This document shows, in pieces, positions 50,596 to 62,099 of a stretch of DNA of 64,000 nt. Origin of the DNA: the human T2T-CHM13v2.0 reference genome, Homo sapiens; NCBI RefSeq assembly GCF_009914755.1, contig NC_060928.1; one strand, 5' to 3'. Made by a program: the position numbers and the translations under genes. Position 1 is the stretch's first letter. Every line of letters begins with the position of its first letter. The notes beneath the pieces are model-generated. The model was not told where the DNA came from, made no database searches, and saw only the letters and a program-made list of their open reading frames with translations.

Positions 50596-52994
50596 TGTGT
50601 GCGTGCGTGCGTGGCGTCCGTGTGCCCACTTCTGTCTATCTCTTACGTCTCTCTCTCTCTCTCCCCGCCCTCGCTCTTTCCGTCGCCCTCTCTTTCTATC
50701 TCTGTCCGTCTGTGTGTGCTTGTGCCTCGGGACACATGTGCCCCGTGTGCCGGAGGGTGGGTTTCTTGCAGGTCGGCCTTTCTTCTGGTCAGCCTCTCCC
50801 CGCGTCTCTGCCTCGGTCGTGTAGCCGGTTAGCAGTCGGTTTCCCGGCGGTTCCGGTTTGGGGGTCTGTGAGGGCCTGGGCAATGCCGGCATCTGCTTCG
50901 GAACCGCAGGGGTTTTCGTCCCCTCCCCATCCGGAGCAGCCTCTTTGCTAGGCTAGATCCAGACGACCGCTCCCCAAGCAAGGACAACGGCCTCCCAGGC
51001 GCTCATTGTCCACCCGCAGGAGGGTGCCCGCAGACCTTCAAGAGGATGGTTCTCACGCCTCTCGCCCTCTCCCTCATGGAGAAATGGAGCCACAGCTCGA
51101 CGCAGGGACGGAGAAGGAAGCCGGCAAGGGGATGGGGCAAGCATCTCTGTCACTCAAAGGCTGGCCTTCCTGGCCGAGTCACCCGTCTGACACTCCTCCC
51201 CGGATGCCCGTGGTGGTGGCATGGCCCCGTATCCTGCCTGGACTCTGGCCTCTGCTCTGTCCTCCCTCTTGCTGTGTCTGCCCCGTCTCTGAGAAGCCTG
51301 GCGGCTTCTTAGTCTGGCTCAACGTCTTCAACAAAGAAGACTTCCCTGTCCATCAGGGAGAAACCCCGTGGGCGTCCGTGTCGTGAGCGTTTCCCTCTCC
51401 ACACCACTTTCTGGATGATTGGGCAGGTGTGGTGATCCTGGAGCTCTGGGCTTCCATACCTGTGTGGGACAGGGAAGCTCTCTTGGTCTCCATGGCCCAA
51501 GTGATGGCTGCGCGCTCGGTCCAGGAAGAGGGGGAGACAAGCCCACCGTTCCCCGCATTGGCCTTCCAGGAAAGGCGGTGTTGCAGCCCACCTGCACTTC
51601 CTGTCTGATCCTTGAGGGCCAACCGGTTCCTCCGCTCCTGGGGAAAGCGCCTTCTGGCACTGAATCTTTTGGCTGCCACGGATGTCAGGGAGCCAACGGG
51701 ACTGGGTTTTGGCTGGGTGCAGCAGAGGTTGCGTCAGGGGTACCTAAGCGGTAGCGGCGTGGGGGTGGGGTGTACTTGGTCCAAAGCTCTGGGCTCCTCT
51801 GGCGGGCCTCCCTGAATGTGGCCTGGACTCGCGCACAGGCCCTGTCTCGCAGGTTTGCAGGTGCGCTTGGCTTTTCCTCCGCTTTGTGGGGCAGGTCTCC
51901 AGTGGCCTCCGGGCGCACGCCTGGACATCACTGTCCATCTCGTAGTCGCCCCCTACGGCCTCAAAGACACACGCTCTCTGCATGTGCTCTTGGGGGATGT
52001 CAGTGCCACGTTTGGTCACACGGGCTCCAGCTCGGACTCGCCTCTGTCTTTGCCGATGTCGCCGGAAGCTGCGTCGGGATGCCGGAGCCCCCGGGCCTTG
52101 GAGATGAAGGCAGGCCCCTGCTCCACCCAGGAAGGAGGGAGGCAGTGGGCTCATGGGTCAGTGCCGTTGCAGACGACAGCACGCCTTGCGGCCTTGGGGA
52201 TCTTTCCGTGCCCCGGCGAGACCCTTTCCGCCTCACTGCATTGTAACCCCATTCCCGATCAGCAGGTGGGAGCCATCATCGGATCCCAAGAGGAGTCCGC
52301 GCAGCCCAGCCAGCACCCCGAAGGTCCTCCTTCACCGGGAACAGAAGCAGGAGACCGATCAAGGAGGTCCTGACGACAGGACTCCTATGGGTCCGACCCT
52401 GAGTCTCCCGCAGGCCCCTCTGGTAGTCCTCTTCCCACCCTCTGCCTCGGGCTGCGCCGCAGTCCCCGCCGCAACCTCCAGCACCGCCACCCCAGTCCCC
52501 GCAGCCGCCATGTCGCCGCCATTTTTTAAAGGGTCTGCAGCCTGACTCTGCGGAGTAAGGGGGCGTGGGGCGGGTGAGTCGGCCTCGCCAGTGAGCATGC
52601 GCGAGGCCCGAGCCGCCGCTGTGGTCACAGTGACCGCCACCGTTGCCCGGGGATGGGTCCTTGAGACTTGGCTAAGCAGGCACCCTGTGTGAGCTTGGTC
52701 AGAGTCGGGGCTGAGACCAGTCCTGGCCAGGGCAGTTAACAGGAAGGTCTCCGGAGGCCGGGATTCGCGGAGGGTCCATCAGGAGGAAGAAACCTCAGAC
52801 AGATCTCCGGGGAGACAGCGCGGGATCCCAGCCTCAGGCGTGCGCGGACAGTGTGCGGGTGAGTCTCCCCAAAAGTGGCGCTCTTGGGATGTCGAGGACA
52901 GGTCTGCCTGTGTGTCCGTGGGCTGCTCTCTTCACCGGTGGCTTGGTAGTCGCAGAGAGCAGAACCCAGCAGGTTCTGGGGCTGCCTGGGTGTG

Positions 52995-53281
52995 GGCCTC
53001 AGTAAGCTTACAATCATGGCAGAAGGTGACGGGGGAGCCAGCACTTCACATGGCTGGAAGCAGGAAGAAGAGTGAGAAGTGGGGAGGTGCTATACACTTT
53101 TAACAACCAGACTCACAATAACTCACTCACTATTGCAAGAACAGCACCAAGGAGATGGTGCTAAACCATTTAAGAGAAACCGCTAGATGATCCAATTGCC
53201 TCCCAACACGCCCCACCTCCAACAGTGGGACTTATAGTTTGACTTGAGATTTGGGTGGGGACACAGATCCAAATGATATCA
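52995..53281 (+). mobile_element. MaLR LTR, MST family (MSTB-like), 5'-truncated
   Basis: GGCCTCAGTAAGCTTACAATCATGGCAGAAGG...ACAGCACCAAGGAGATGGTGCTAAACCATT...GAGATTTGGGTGGGGACACAGATCCAAATGATATCA matches the recalled 3' two-thirds and terminal ATATCA of MST LTRs. Confidence 0.85.
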
Positions 53282-55389
53282 GTGTGTTAAAAGGAAAAGG
53301 AGATAACAGTGGGAAATGGATATTTAACTTCAATTTGTGAGTTTTTATTTTAGAGTTCTAAAATTATGTCTTATACTACCTATACAAGTGCTGGAATATT
53401 TTCTGTATTAAGTGGTAGATATATAATATCCGAATATCATACTTACCTTCTTTGACCTTGCAGTTTAAGAGGGCATTTTAAGAAAGTAAACAAACACATT
53501 GATTTTTTTTTAAAGGAGAAATTTTTCAGTAAACGATATAGGTACGTTAACATGGGCGATATAGAAAAGTTACTGATGGAGAGACAATCCTACATAGAAA
53601 CCTAAGGAAGCAATTAACTCAGACACAGAGATTGAGAAGAGTAAAATGGAAAATGGGTGAAATCTGGGAAATCTGTTGCTTCCAGTAGAAGAAACATAAT
53701 ATTGAAGGAACAGAGATTGATGTCAAGAGTTCAGGGAAACAAACCAGAATAAGAATGTTTAGACAAAAGGCTGATGGTAGAAGGAAATTGAGACTGAAAG
53801 TTATAGAGAGCACAGGCTTACTCGAAGATTAGCAGACAAAAGAACATCTGTAAGTTCAATCATGAAGGAGTGCCAGAATTAAAGAGAAAATAAGGAAATA
53901 ATAAAGGGAATCTTTTGATGTGAGGAACCAATTGGGCTATGAACTCAGCCTGCTAGCCTGCCATTCCAATGACAGTAGGAAATAAATGTTCTGTAAGTTA
54001 TTTGAAAATTAGAGGACAAAGTAATTGTTTGTTCTATAGGTAGAGAAACATTTTTGTAAATGATAATACAGCTGTTCTACCAATTTCTCTTAATTTTCAA
54101 ACTTTTTGAAGGGGTACACTATATTTTCACGATTTGTTCATTCTGATTTCCAACTCATATTTGTTCATCATTTTCTCTTTACTTTTTAAAAAGTTGAAAG
54201 ACATTCATATCACAAAATTTTCACTGGATAATTTTTCTTGTTGCAACTGTAGATTTTTGTGGATATATACAAATCTCTCTAGTGACACATCTAGAGATTA
54301 ATGTTATGTTCTATTCCATAGGGAGCAAATATACCACATGAAACATTGCAACTATGAATCTAACTAGACTGTACGGGCAACATATATTGAAAGATAAATT
54401 AAAATTGTAAGTTCTATGAGAAAACACAAACATTTGAGTAAAAAAAATGAGAAAGATGTAGTGGTGCCTTCTTCCTACGTTAGAAAAAAGGATCCATAAT
54501 GAACAACTTTTTTTCCATGTATTTCCTACAATTGAGTAAAATAATGGGACTAGGCAAGTTTACTGGTTTGCATTTTTTCATCTGGGTCTGGTTTTTCATT
54601 TCAATTGTCAGCCGTTGTATTAACTACTTTCACCATTCAAAGGAATGAATGATCTGCCATAGTATTTTCTGCAGTTCCATCTCTTGTTTTCAGTATCATT
54701 CCAATTCTGCATCTATCTAATTTTGATCTCTGTTCTATTTATTTTCCTGATTCATAACATTTTGCTTTGTGCTGAGCTCCTAATTGTCTCTCTGTCATTC
54801 TCAACATTTTAGCCCTATGGTCTAAAAGATGCCCCAAAGAATGTAGCATATTCTAGTATATCAGTGGGACAACATAAACAACATGCTTAATTGTTAATCT
54901 ATTTAAAGATGAAAGTGTTTTTCATTTTTTTAATCAATTTAAAGCTGACTAGATCCTATAACTACATTCTGCTTTTTATAACTAAAGAGCTCCAGAAAAA
55001 TAAATGTAATAGCTTTGCTGGAAAAGATTAACTTTACAATGCCTTCCTAATGACCTTACTTTTTTTTTTTTGAAAAGTATTTTCTGGTATACAAAAATAA
55101 TATTCTGAAATATCTCTGTGATATTTGATTGCCGGATTTAACCTACATACCTCTGAACCTTGGTTTTTCAGACATACAAACTGCTTAACAAGTTCCAATG
55201 CATTAATCAATACACCATTGCATAACTTAGAGTAAGAAAAGTTGGTAGATATTTCAGCAATGCCCTAAAATATGCTTCTATTTAACACTTTGAGACAACC
55301 AATACACTATTTATAGTGTTGAGACAAAACAAACCTAAGATCACAGAAAAATATTTATTTTAATAAAATGGTATTTAAGTAGATAGTTT

Positions 55390-55658
55390 TTTGTTGTGGT
55401 TTTTTTTTTTTTTTTTGAGATGGAGTCTCCCTCTGTCGCCCAGTTCAGTGGCCCAGTCTTGGCTCACCGTAACCTCCCCTTCCCGAGTTCAAGCAGTTCT
55501 CCCTGCCTCAGCTTCCTGAGTAGCTGAAATTACAGGCATGCACCACCACGCCTGTTTAATTTTTGTGTTTTTAGTAAAGATGGGATGTCATTATGTTGTC
55601 CAGGCTGGTCTTGAACTCCTGACCTCAGGTGATCTGCCCACCTTGGCCTCCCAAAGTG
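55390..55658 (-). mobile_element. Alu (AluS-like), 5'-truncated by about 35 nt
   Basis: Poly-T, then GAGATGGAGTCTC...CTCCTGACCTCAGGTGATCTGCCCACCTTGGCCTCCCAAAGTG. A 14-bp TSD TAAGTAGATAGTTT lies at 55376-55389 and 55659-55672. Confidence 0.95.
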
Positions 55659-55928
55659 TAAGTAGATAGTTTAAATGATTATGGGTTTCATAGGTTTTAT
55701 TAATTTGTTTTAGTTAACATACAAGAGCACTACAAAACCACATGATTTTATTTTAATTTTTGTCAATAAACTTTATTATATTAAAGGCCATATTGCCCAC
55801 TGAGTATGATTTTGATATGCACAACTTCTATAATTTACAACTTACTGTATATGGTCTAATATAAATTACATTTAGCTATCTTGAATAAAAGATACTAATC
55901 CCCAAAAACTTAATATATAAAATAATTT

Positions 55929-56041
55929 CTACAATCAATTAAGCCACACAGCTCTTTTTCTCATGGGGCCTGGTGTGCAAGGGCTGCAAACAGCAGCATC
56001 CTAGGTAGTGTACAGCAGCCTGTTCCTTGTGTACAACAGCC
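55929..56041 (+). pseudogene. SNORA70: Degenerate retrocopy of H/ACA snoRNA SNORA70 (U70)
   Basis: CAATTAAGCC...TTTCTCATGGGG...GTGTGCAAGGGCTGCAAACAGCAGCATCCTAGGTAGTGTACAGCAGCCTGTT resembles the recalled SNORA70 sequence. Part of the 3' hairpin appears deleted. Adjacency to RPL10 sequence (its known host gene) supports the call. Confidence 0.8.
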
Positions 56042-56084
56042 ATTGGACATTTATGTCTCGGATCTAGTGCTTTCCCTAGTCTAG

Positions 56085-56424
56085 GTTTAAGACCGGATGT
56101 AGTATGCCTTTGGAAAGCCTCAGGACCCAGAGGTCAGAGTTCACATTGGCCATGTTCATCCATACCAAGGATGAACTTATTTAGGGCCAAGTTCAAGTTC
56201 AGTGAATGCCCAAAAAGCCACATCTCAAAGAAGTGCAATTTTACTAAGTTTAATGCATATACATTTTAAGACTTGGTGGCTGAGAAACAACTCATCCTGG
56301 ATGGCTGTGGGGCTAGATATAGCCCTGGAATCATGGGCCCCTGGACAAGCAGCTAGCCCTGCATTAGAAAAGAGCTGCCCCCTCTTTACTCAGCCCACCA
56401 GTGAATTCTATTTCCTGTACATCT
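56085..56424 (+). pseudogene. RPL10: Partial processed pseudogene of ribosomal protein L10 (last coding exons + 3' UTR)
   Basis: The ORF track reads RAKFKF..HISKK.NFTKFNA, versus RPL10 [25 protein letters not shown]. The DNA also matches GCCTTTGGAAAGCC, GTTCACATTGGCCA, GATGGCTGTGGGG and CTGGACAAG. It has deletions, frameshifts and an in-frame stop. Confidence 0.9.
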
Positions 56425-56436
56425 AATAAATCAATC

Positions 56437-56459
56437 CTATCTATCTATCTATCTATCTA
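56437..56459. repeat. (CTAT)n microsatellite in the presumed retrocopy tail
   Basis: Read directly; it sits between the RPL10 3' end and the candidate downstream TSD AAATAATT. Confidence 0.85.
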
Positions 56460-58479
56460 AATAATTCAACAATATGCAGTAGATTAAAAAACACAACTTT
56501 ATCTTGATGTCTAACTACTGTGGAAATATTTTGTCAGTTATTAACATTCCCCTTTCAGGTTAATATCAAGTCAACAAAAATTTGGAGTTCTCTTGACCCT
56601 TTCCCCAATGTGTAAATTAGTAATATAATGTCAATATTCAGACAGGCAAATAAACTAAGCTCCCTTTGATGAAAACGACATGCAGTAACGCTTCCCTACT
56701 GAGAATCATCTTAGTTTGTGAAATCATAATCTGGAATGGCTATATCTGCAAAATATATTAAAAGAAAGAAAATATCAAAAACATAATCTACAATACTTTT
56801 ATGTATATCTAATCATTTTATATTTCTTTTTTATTATACTACTTGAAATACATACATAAAGGATAAAGAGTTTCAACAAATCTCAAAAAGGAAACCTAAT
56901 TATGTATAATATTCTGACCGATTTTGCTTGCTCACCAAATTGAAATTGAAAAGAAAAAATGCAGCACTCTGTAAAAAAATAAAATGATTTCAAAATATAA
57001 TTATTGTCTCCCTTTGAAAATATAAATGTTTAAATAATGGTGAAATAGAGAACATAAACATTCACAAATATTACATATCCATTCAACATTTTCAGGTATT
57101 ATTTTGTTTTGTTCAAACCTCCCCTTCTGTCATTTTTCTCTCCTTTCTTTATCTTTAGCATAACTGAGCTGCTTTCCAAACATCTATAGTTATACCGGAC
57201 ATAGCATTTTCCAACATCAAACATGGTTTTTCTTAAACACCAGCTCCAAATATTAATTCCCAGGGAAAATGACATTTTCCATATATGAGAAATATTGGAA
57301 CCAATATAACAAAACTGATTAACATTTATAACATTTGAAAATAATTTCACAAAAGTTTTATTTAAAAAAATTATATTGTAAATTTACGTAAGAAATTCTC
57401 TATCCATTATATGACTTGTATAATAACATCCACAGTATACTAAGAAAATGTTTTTAAAATATAGGATAAGGTGTCTAAATAATAAATTTTTAAGACCACT
57501 TAGTGCCACTATTAAAAATCTGAGAATAAGGCATGAATATTTTTTGATCTATAGAGATTATATATCAGCATGCCAGCATTGGCTTTTATTACAGAATAAG
57601 CATTTTAATCTTCATTAACTCTCATCAATTCACTATAGAAAGTAGCTTAAAAAAAAAAAGACCATCACTTGTAGAAAACAGTTAATATTTCGATGGTTTA
57701 CCTGGAAGTTTACCAGGCATAAATTTATAAAATACATTTATGGATTGAAATAAACTGTTTTACTAAACAATATTACAGAATTCTGAATAGATGCTGATTA
57801 AGCAGCAAATCAACAAAACTGTTTATTTACCAGTTTGGTGGCTACCATGCTAATTAGATCATCTGTTTAAAATGTGTCCATATGGACAATTTTTCTGTAA
57901 ATGTTTTCTTTATGTCCACATTGTGTGGTAGTATTTTCATAGAACCAAGTAGAAATTAACTTAAAAATTAGTTATTTAAAGATGACAATAGAAGATTTTG
58001 AACTTTGATTCCCAAAAGGCAAGCAAATATTTCTGAAATAAAATATTTTATATATTTAATTTCTAATTTAATTTACATATAAAATATTTTAAAAATTCAT
58101 ATGAATTTGAGATATTTTCACATTAATTGGACTGTTTTTGTACCTCATTTTGCTTGGTCACACTAAAGTGAGGTTCATCATCTTGTGGAACCAAAGGAAA
58201 ACTAGTGTGATTATAAGGAAATTATTATAGTTAGACAACTGTGCATTAATTTCATCATTAAGGACCAAATGTATACAGATATAAATACTTTTCTTAATAC
58301 ATTACTTGCAACATATGCACAATTATGTAACAATTATGGTGAACTAAGTCTCCTAGAAATTTCCAAAATAATTTTTTTGCCTTTTTTTAACCTCTAAATC
58401 CATATAAATCAAGGGAAAATATTCTTGCACATATGTATATTTAAACATGAACCTAGCCAAAAGTAAGAGAAATTTAAAA

Positions 58480-59690
58480 AAGTGTAACATATCAAAATGT
58501 GGAAATTTCTGTGTTTAGGGAAAAATCTATCCCATTAAGAGCTTGCATTAGAAAAGAAAAATTACCTTGAAATTATGATGAAAGCTTCCAACTTGTTATT
58601 ATAAAAATGAGAACAAATTAATTCTGAAGCAATCAGAAGGAAGAAAATAATAAAGGTTAATGAAGAAATAAACAACATTAAATGGAGAAAAATTATATAG
58701 CTAAGTAAATTAAACTAAACTTAGATCTTTGAAGGGATCAATAAAATTGTTAAATCTCTGGCCAGACTAAGGAGAAAATAATAGGAAATAAATAATTTAC
58801 AAATTTTAAGAATGATAGAAGTGGCTGGGGGTGGTGGCTCATGCCTGTAATCCCAGCACTTTGGGAGGCCAAGGCAGACAGATCGTTTGAGGTCGGGAGT
58901 TCCAGACCAGCCTGGCCAACATAGTGAATCTCTGTCTCTACTAAAAATACAAAAATTAGCCGAACGTGATGGCTCATGCCTGTATTCCCAGCTACTCGAG
59001 AGGCTGAGGCACAAGAATTGCTTGAAGCTGGGAGGTGGAATTTGCAGTGAGTGGAGATCAGGCCACTGCACTCAAGCCCGGGCGACAGAACGGGACTCTG
59101 TCTCAAAACAAATAAACAAAAAAAAAAGAATGATAGAAGTAACATTTCCATTGTCCTACAACAGTTTAAGGATAACTAAATGAATACCATGATGAAATTT
59201 ATAAATGTAAATTAGTTAATTTAGATTAAATGTACAAATCCCTCAAAAGAGACTAACTACTAAGGCAAACTCAAAAAGAAAGCAATAACATGAACATCCC
59301 TATATATATGTTTTAAATTTATTAATACCCACCTAGATAAACTAACTGACAAATTTTACTAATATTTAAGGAGATATAATTTATACTTTACACAAAACTT
59401 TAAGAAATAAAAAAGAGGAAACACTTTTCAACATGTTTTATTAGTCTACCATTATCCCCATACCAAAACCTTAAAAAAGACATTACAAGAAAATGTCCTG
59501 TAGACAAATATGTATTTAGATGAGGAATTTAGATTTCAAAAACTTCAGCAAACTATTATCCAATTAAATCCTCTCATGTCTGTGTGTGTATGTGTGTGCA
59601 TGCATGTGTGTTTGTAAAATATATCATTACTAATTGGCGTTTATCTTGGGAGTTCAAGATGGTTTCCATATTCAATCAACCCATCAATGT
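58480..59690 (+). mobile_element. Old L1 ORF2 fragment (post-endonuclease to start of RT), interrupted by an Alu
   Basis: Degenerate L1 ORF2 phrases: GATCAATAAAATTGTTAAATCTCTGGCCAGACT, AAGAGGAAACACTTTTCAAC, ATACCAAAACC, GTTTATCTTGGGAGTTCAAGATGGTTT. Boundaries are approximate. Confidence 0.75.
58823..59125 (+). mobile_element. Full-length Alu (AluS-like)
   Basis: GGCTGGGGGTGGTGGCTCATGCCTGTAATCCCAGC through the A-tail. A 15-bp TSD AAGAATGATAGAAGT lies at 58808-58822 and 59126-59140, preceded by TTTT (L1 endonuclease-type TT|AAGA site). Confidence 0.97.
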
Positions 59691-60014
59691 GGACTATGGT
59701 CATTTGAAAAGACCAGCAAATCCTCTACACAAAAGGCCACTATAAATTCATTAAAACAGCCTTCCATCACTCTCGAAATTGACCAAAGCATTCAACTACC
59801 TGAAAAATATTTATGTTTGGAAAGCTATTGAAATGCAGTTAAAAATATCAGGAAACCTGTTTTTACCTTTTGTCCTGATCTTGCTAAATCCTTCTTAATT
59901 TTGTGAGACACTGCTTCTCCTTCCACTGTTCCTTTACTTTCTCCTTCCCCTTTGTTTTTGCCTCCCCCTTCCTCTCCCTTTTCTACATTCCTTCTCTCTC
60001 CTAAATGCTGTATA

Positions 60015-60690
60015 AATTTCTACATATATAATCATATTATTTACAAATAGGAACAGTTTTACTTATTTCTTTCCAATCTGCATTTATTTTATTCTCCCTT
60101 TTTTTCCTTACACACTGGATAGAACTCTAAGTATTATGTTGAAAAAGAGTGATAAAAGCAAACATTTTTGCTTTATTCCTGAGCATACATGTGGAAAACA
60201 TTCAGTGTTTCACAGCTAAATATGATGGATTTTTTTGTATGCTCTTTATCAAGATGAAGGAATTTTCTGCTATTTCTGGTTTGCTGAATTTTTATCACAA
60301 GTAACTGTTGAATATTGTCTTTTTCCCCTGCATTTATTGAAATGATCATGTGTTTTCCTATTTTAGAATATTAATATGGTGAACTATATTATTAGATTTT
60401 TTTAAATATTGAAACTGTCTTGCATTTCTGGAATAAACACGGCTTGGTCATGTGTGTCACTTTTTTACATAGTGTCGTATTCAAGTTATTGAGGATTTTG
60501 CATCTAGGGTATACTTGTAGATTTGCAGATTTGCATCTAGGTTATGTTGGTCTAAAGTTTTGTTTGTTTTTTTTCCTTTTCTTTTTTTATCATCTTTGTC
60601 TTATTCTGTTTAAGTGTCATGCTTGCTTCATAAAATGAATTGAGAAACATTTCTTCCTCTTCTGTTTCTCGAAAATTGTAGAGAACTCTT
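60015..60690 (-). mobile_element. Old L1 ORF2 (RT region) fragment, antisense
   Basis: Antisense L1 phrases: AGAACTCTAAGTATTATGTTGAAAAAGAGTG, CTGCATTTATTGAAATGATCATGTG, CTTGCATTTCTGGAATAAA, GCTTCATAAAATGAATTG. Boundaries are approximate. Confidence 0.75.
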
Positions 60691-62099
60691 GTTTTTTGTT
60701 GTTGTTTGTTTGTTGTTTTGTTTTTTTCTTATTTTTATCCTCATACTGAGAACCAAATAGTCTGGAGTGTAAAATATGGTTCCTCATTCCAGTTAAGTCT
60801 AGTACACAATGACAACAACCATCTTGGGTTAAGCATTGGCCTACAAACAGAAAAAAACCTTCAGGGAGATAGATGCTGATCTAGGCATTGTGAGAAAAGC
60901 TGAATTCATTTTTAATCATGAATGGCTTTTAAGGAAAGAAGATTTATTAACTAAAATAAATAGATTAGAGGGAATTCTCATCTATGAGAGAGGAAGGGAT
61001 GGGATTCAACCTGGAAAAAATGATGAAGTTTTAGTGAACTGGGTAAGGTAGACTCAACAATTAATGATGGATAATGCTAGGACCCAGCACCGGTAATGAG
61101 CTTGTATTATGACTCAATAGCATCACTTTATCACTTTAACGCAGATGGAGGCCTAAATAACCATAGGGCAATGGTTCTTCTTAGATGCAGAAGGACACAT
61201 TTATATAATCTTAGGGACCCCATCTCTGAGGTCACTCATAATTTATATTAATTCATTATTATTGCCATTGCCCCAAGAATAGATAAGGATAAGACATCCT
61301 GTAGTACAGGTAGCAGAGATATAAACTATTCTTATTCTTGTGTCTTGTCTATAGGAAGGGAGTGTATCCTGGTGTATGACAGCATATAGTAGAGACCAGT
61401 GTCAATTAGGGCCTGTGAACTGAGACAGGGTGACTGGCTAAGTCCACAACCCATTAGAAACCCAGAAATAATCAAATCATGGTGAGTAGTAATAATACTT
61501 ATTTATAGTACTGTACGGTATAAAGACAAGAACCAATTATGTTGAGTAGCTGTAACAAATAGCTCTATCGTTCTTAATAACTTTTTCTGTAATAAAACTG
61601 AATTGTAACATGACCATACTGCAATATGACATTACACTGGTATTGTTGGTAAGATTCAACTATCTTATGTAGAGAAGTTATATAATGCTTATATTGATAA
61701 TCAAATGTATTAAGATATTGAGTTAAAGCCTCTTCAGAATGTAATCTGGGTGAATAATAAATGGCCTGAGAAAACAGAATTTAGCTAACCATTATCTAAT
61801 TTCAATGCTAAATAGTTCTGCACAGATTTATCAAAAGGTAAAAATAAAAGCAAATTGAGAGGAGGAATGAGTAATTTGGTTTGTACAAAATATTAAAGTG
61901 TATGTAATGGCCTTGTAGGATGCATTAGTAATTTTTAAAAATCAATCTTTACCCTACACTGTGTCCATAAAATGCTAGGCATATTCATGTTAATATTACT
62001 GTTGTTACTGTCATATAAATGCTGTACTCAATGTAGATGCTCAGAAAAATATGCTTGTTTTGCTACAGGAGAGATTAGTCCAGGGACAATAAATATGGA

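Larger units (their letters stand above)
1..52996. repeat. SST1/MER22-type macrosatellite array (about 2.49 kb monomer, 21 full + 1 truncated copy; continues beyond the left edge)
   Basis: The anchor ATTCCCGATCAGC recurs at 1, 2500, 4982, 7469, 9957, 12453, 14952, 17434, 19918, 22415, 24895, 27386, 29862, 32358, 34829, 37323, 39809, 42303, 44789, 47286, 49778 and 52251 (U1-U22; mean spacing about 2,488 bp). A GAGCTC SstI site occurs per monomer (e.g. 1685-1690). Established knowledge: the primate SstI/SST1 family forms GC-rich tandem arrays of about 2.5 kb units on human chr4 and chr19. The tandem structure is certain; the family name is by recognition. Confidence 0.88.

Noticed and set aside
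26-52996. Hundreds of 60-220 aa ORFs in all six frames
   Set aside because: They are repeats of one GC-rich monomer that overlap on both strands. Many begin at non-ATG codons, they are reframed by 1-bp and 16-bp indels and by (TG)n slippage, and none resembles a protein family I recognise.
1-52996. Other tandem arrays (D4Z4/DUX4, 5S rDNA, RNU2, DXZ4, RS447, TAF11-like) or a CRISPR array
   Set aside because: No homeobox, 5S, U2, USP17 or TAF11 sequence is visible, and there is no short repeat-spacer structure. Unit size and the SstI site fit SST1.
54560-54810. Purine-rich minus-strand stretch that looks exon-like
   Set aside because: No ORF in the track and no recognisable homology.
55929-56041. 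Functional SNORA70 snoRNA gene
   Set aside because: It has many substitutions, apparent loss of much of the 3' hairpin and no evident host intron, so it is treated as a pseudogene.
58721-59183. ORFs of 98-133 aa
   Set aside because: They are Alu-derived translations.
59690-59870. Possible old L1 5'-region fragment
   Set aside because: The resemblance to a recalled consensus is too weak to call without RepeatMasker.
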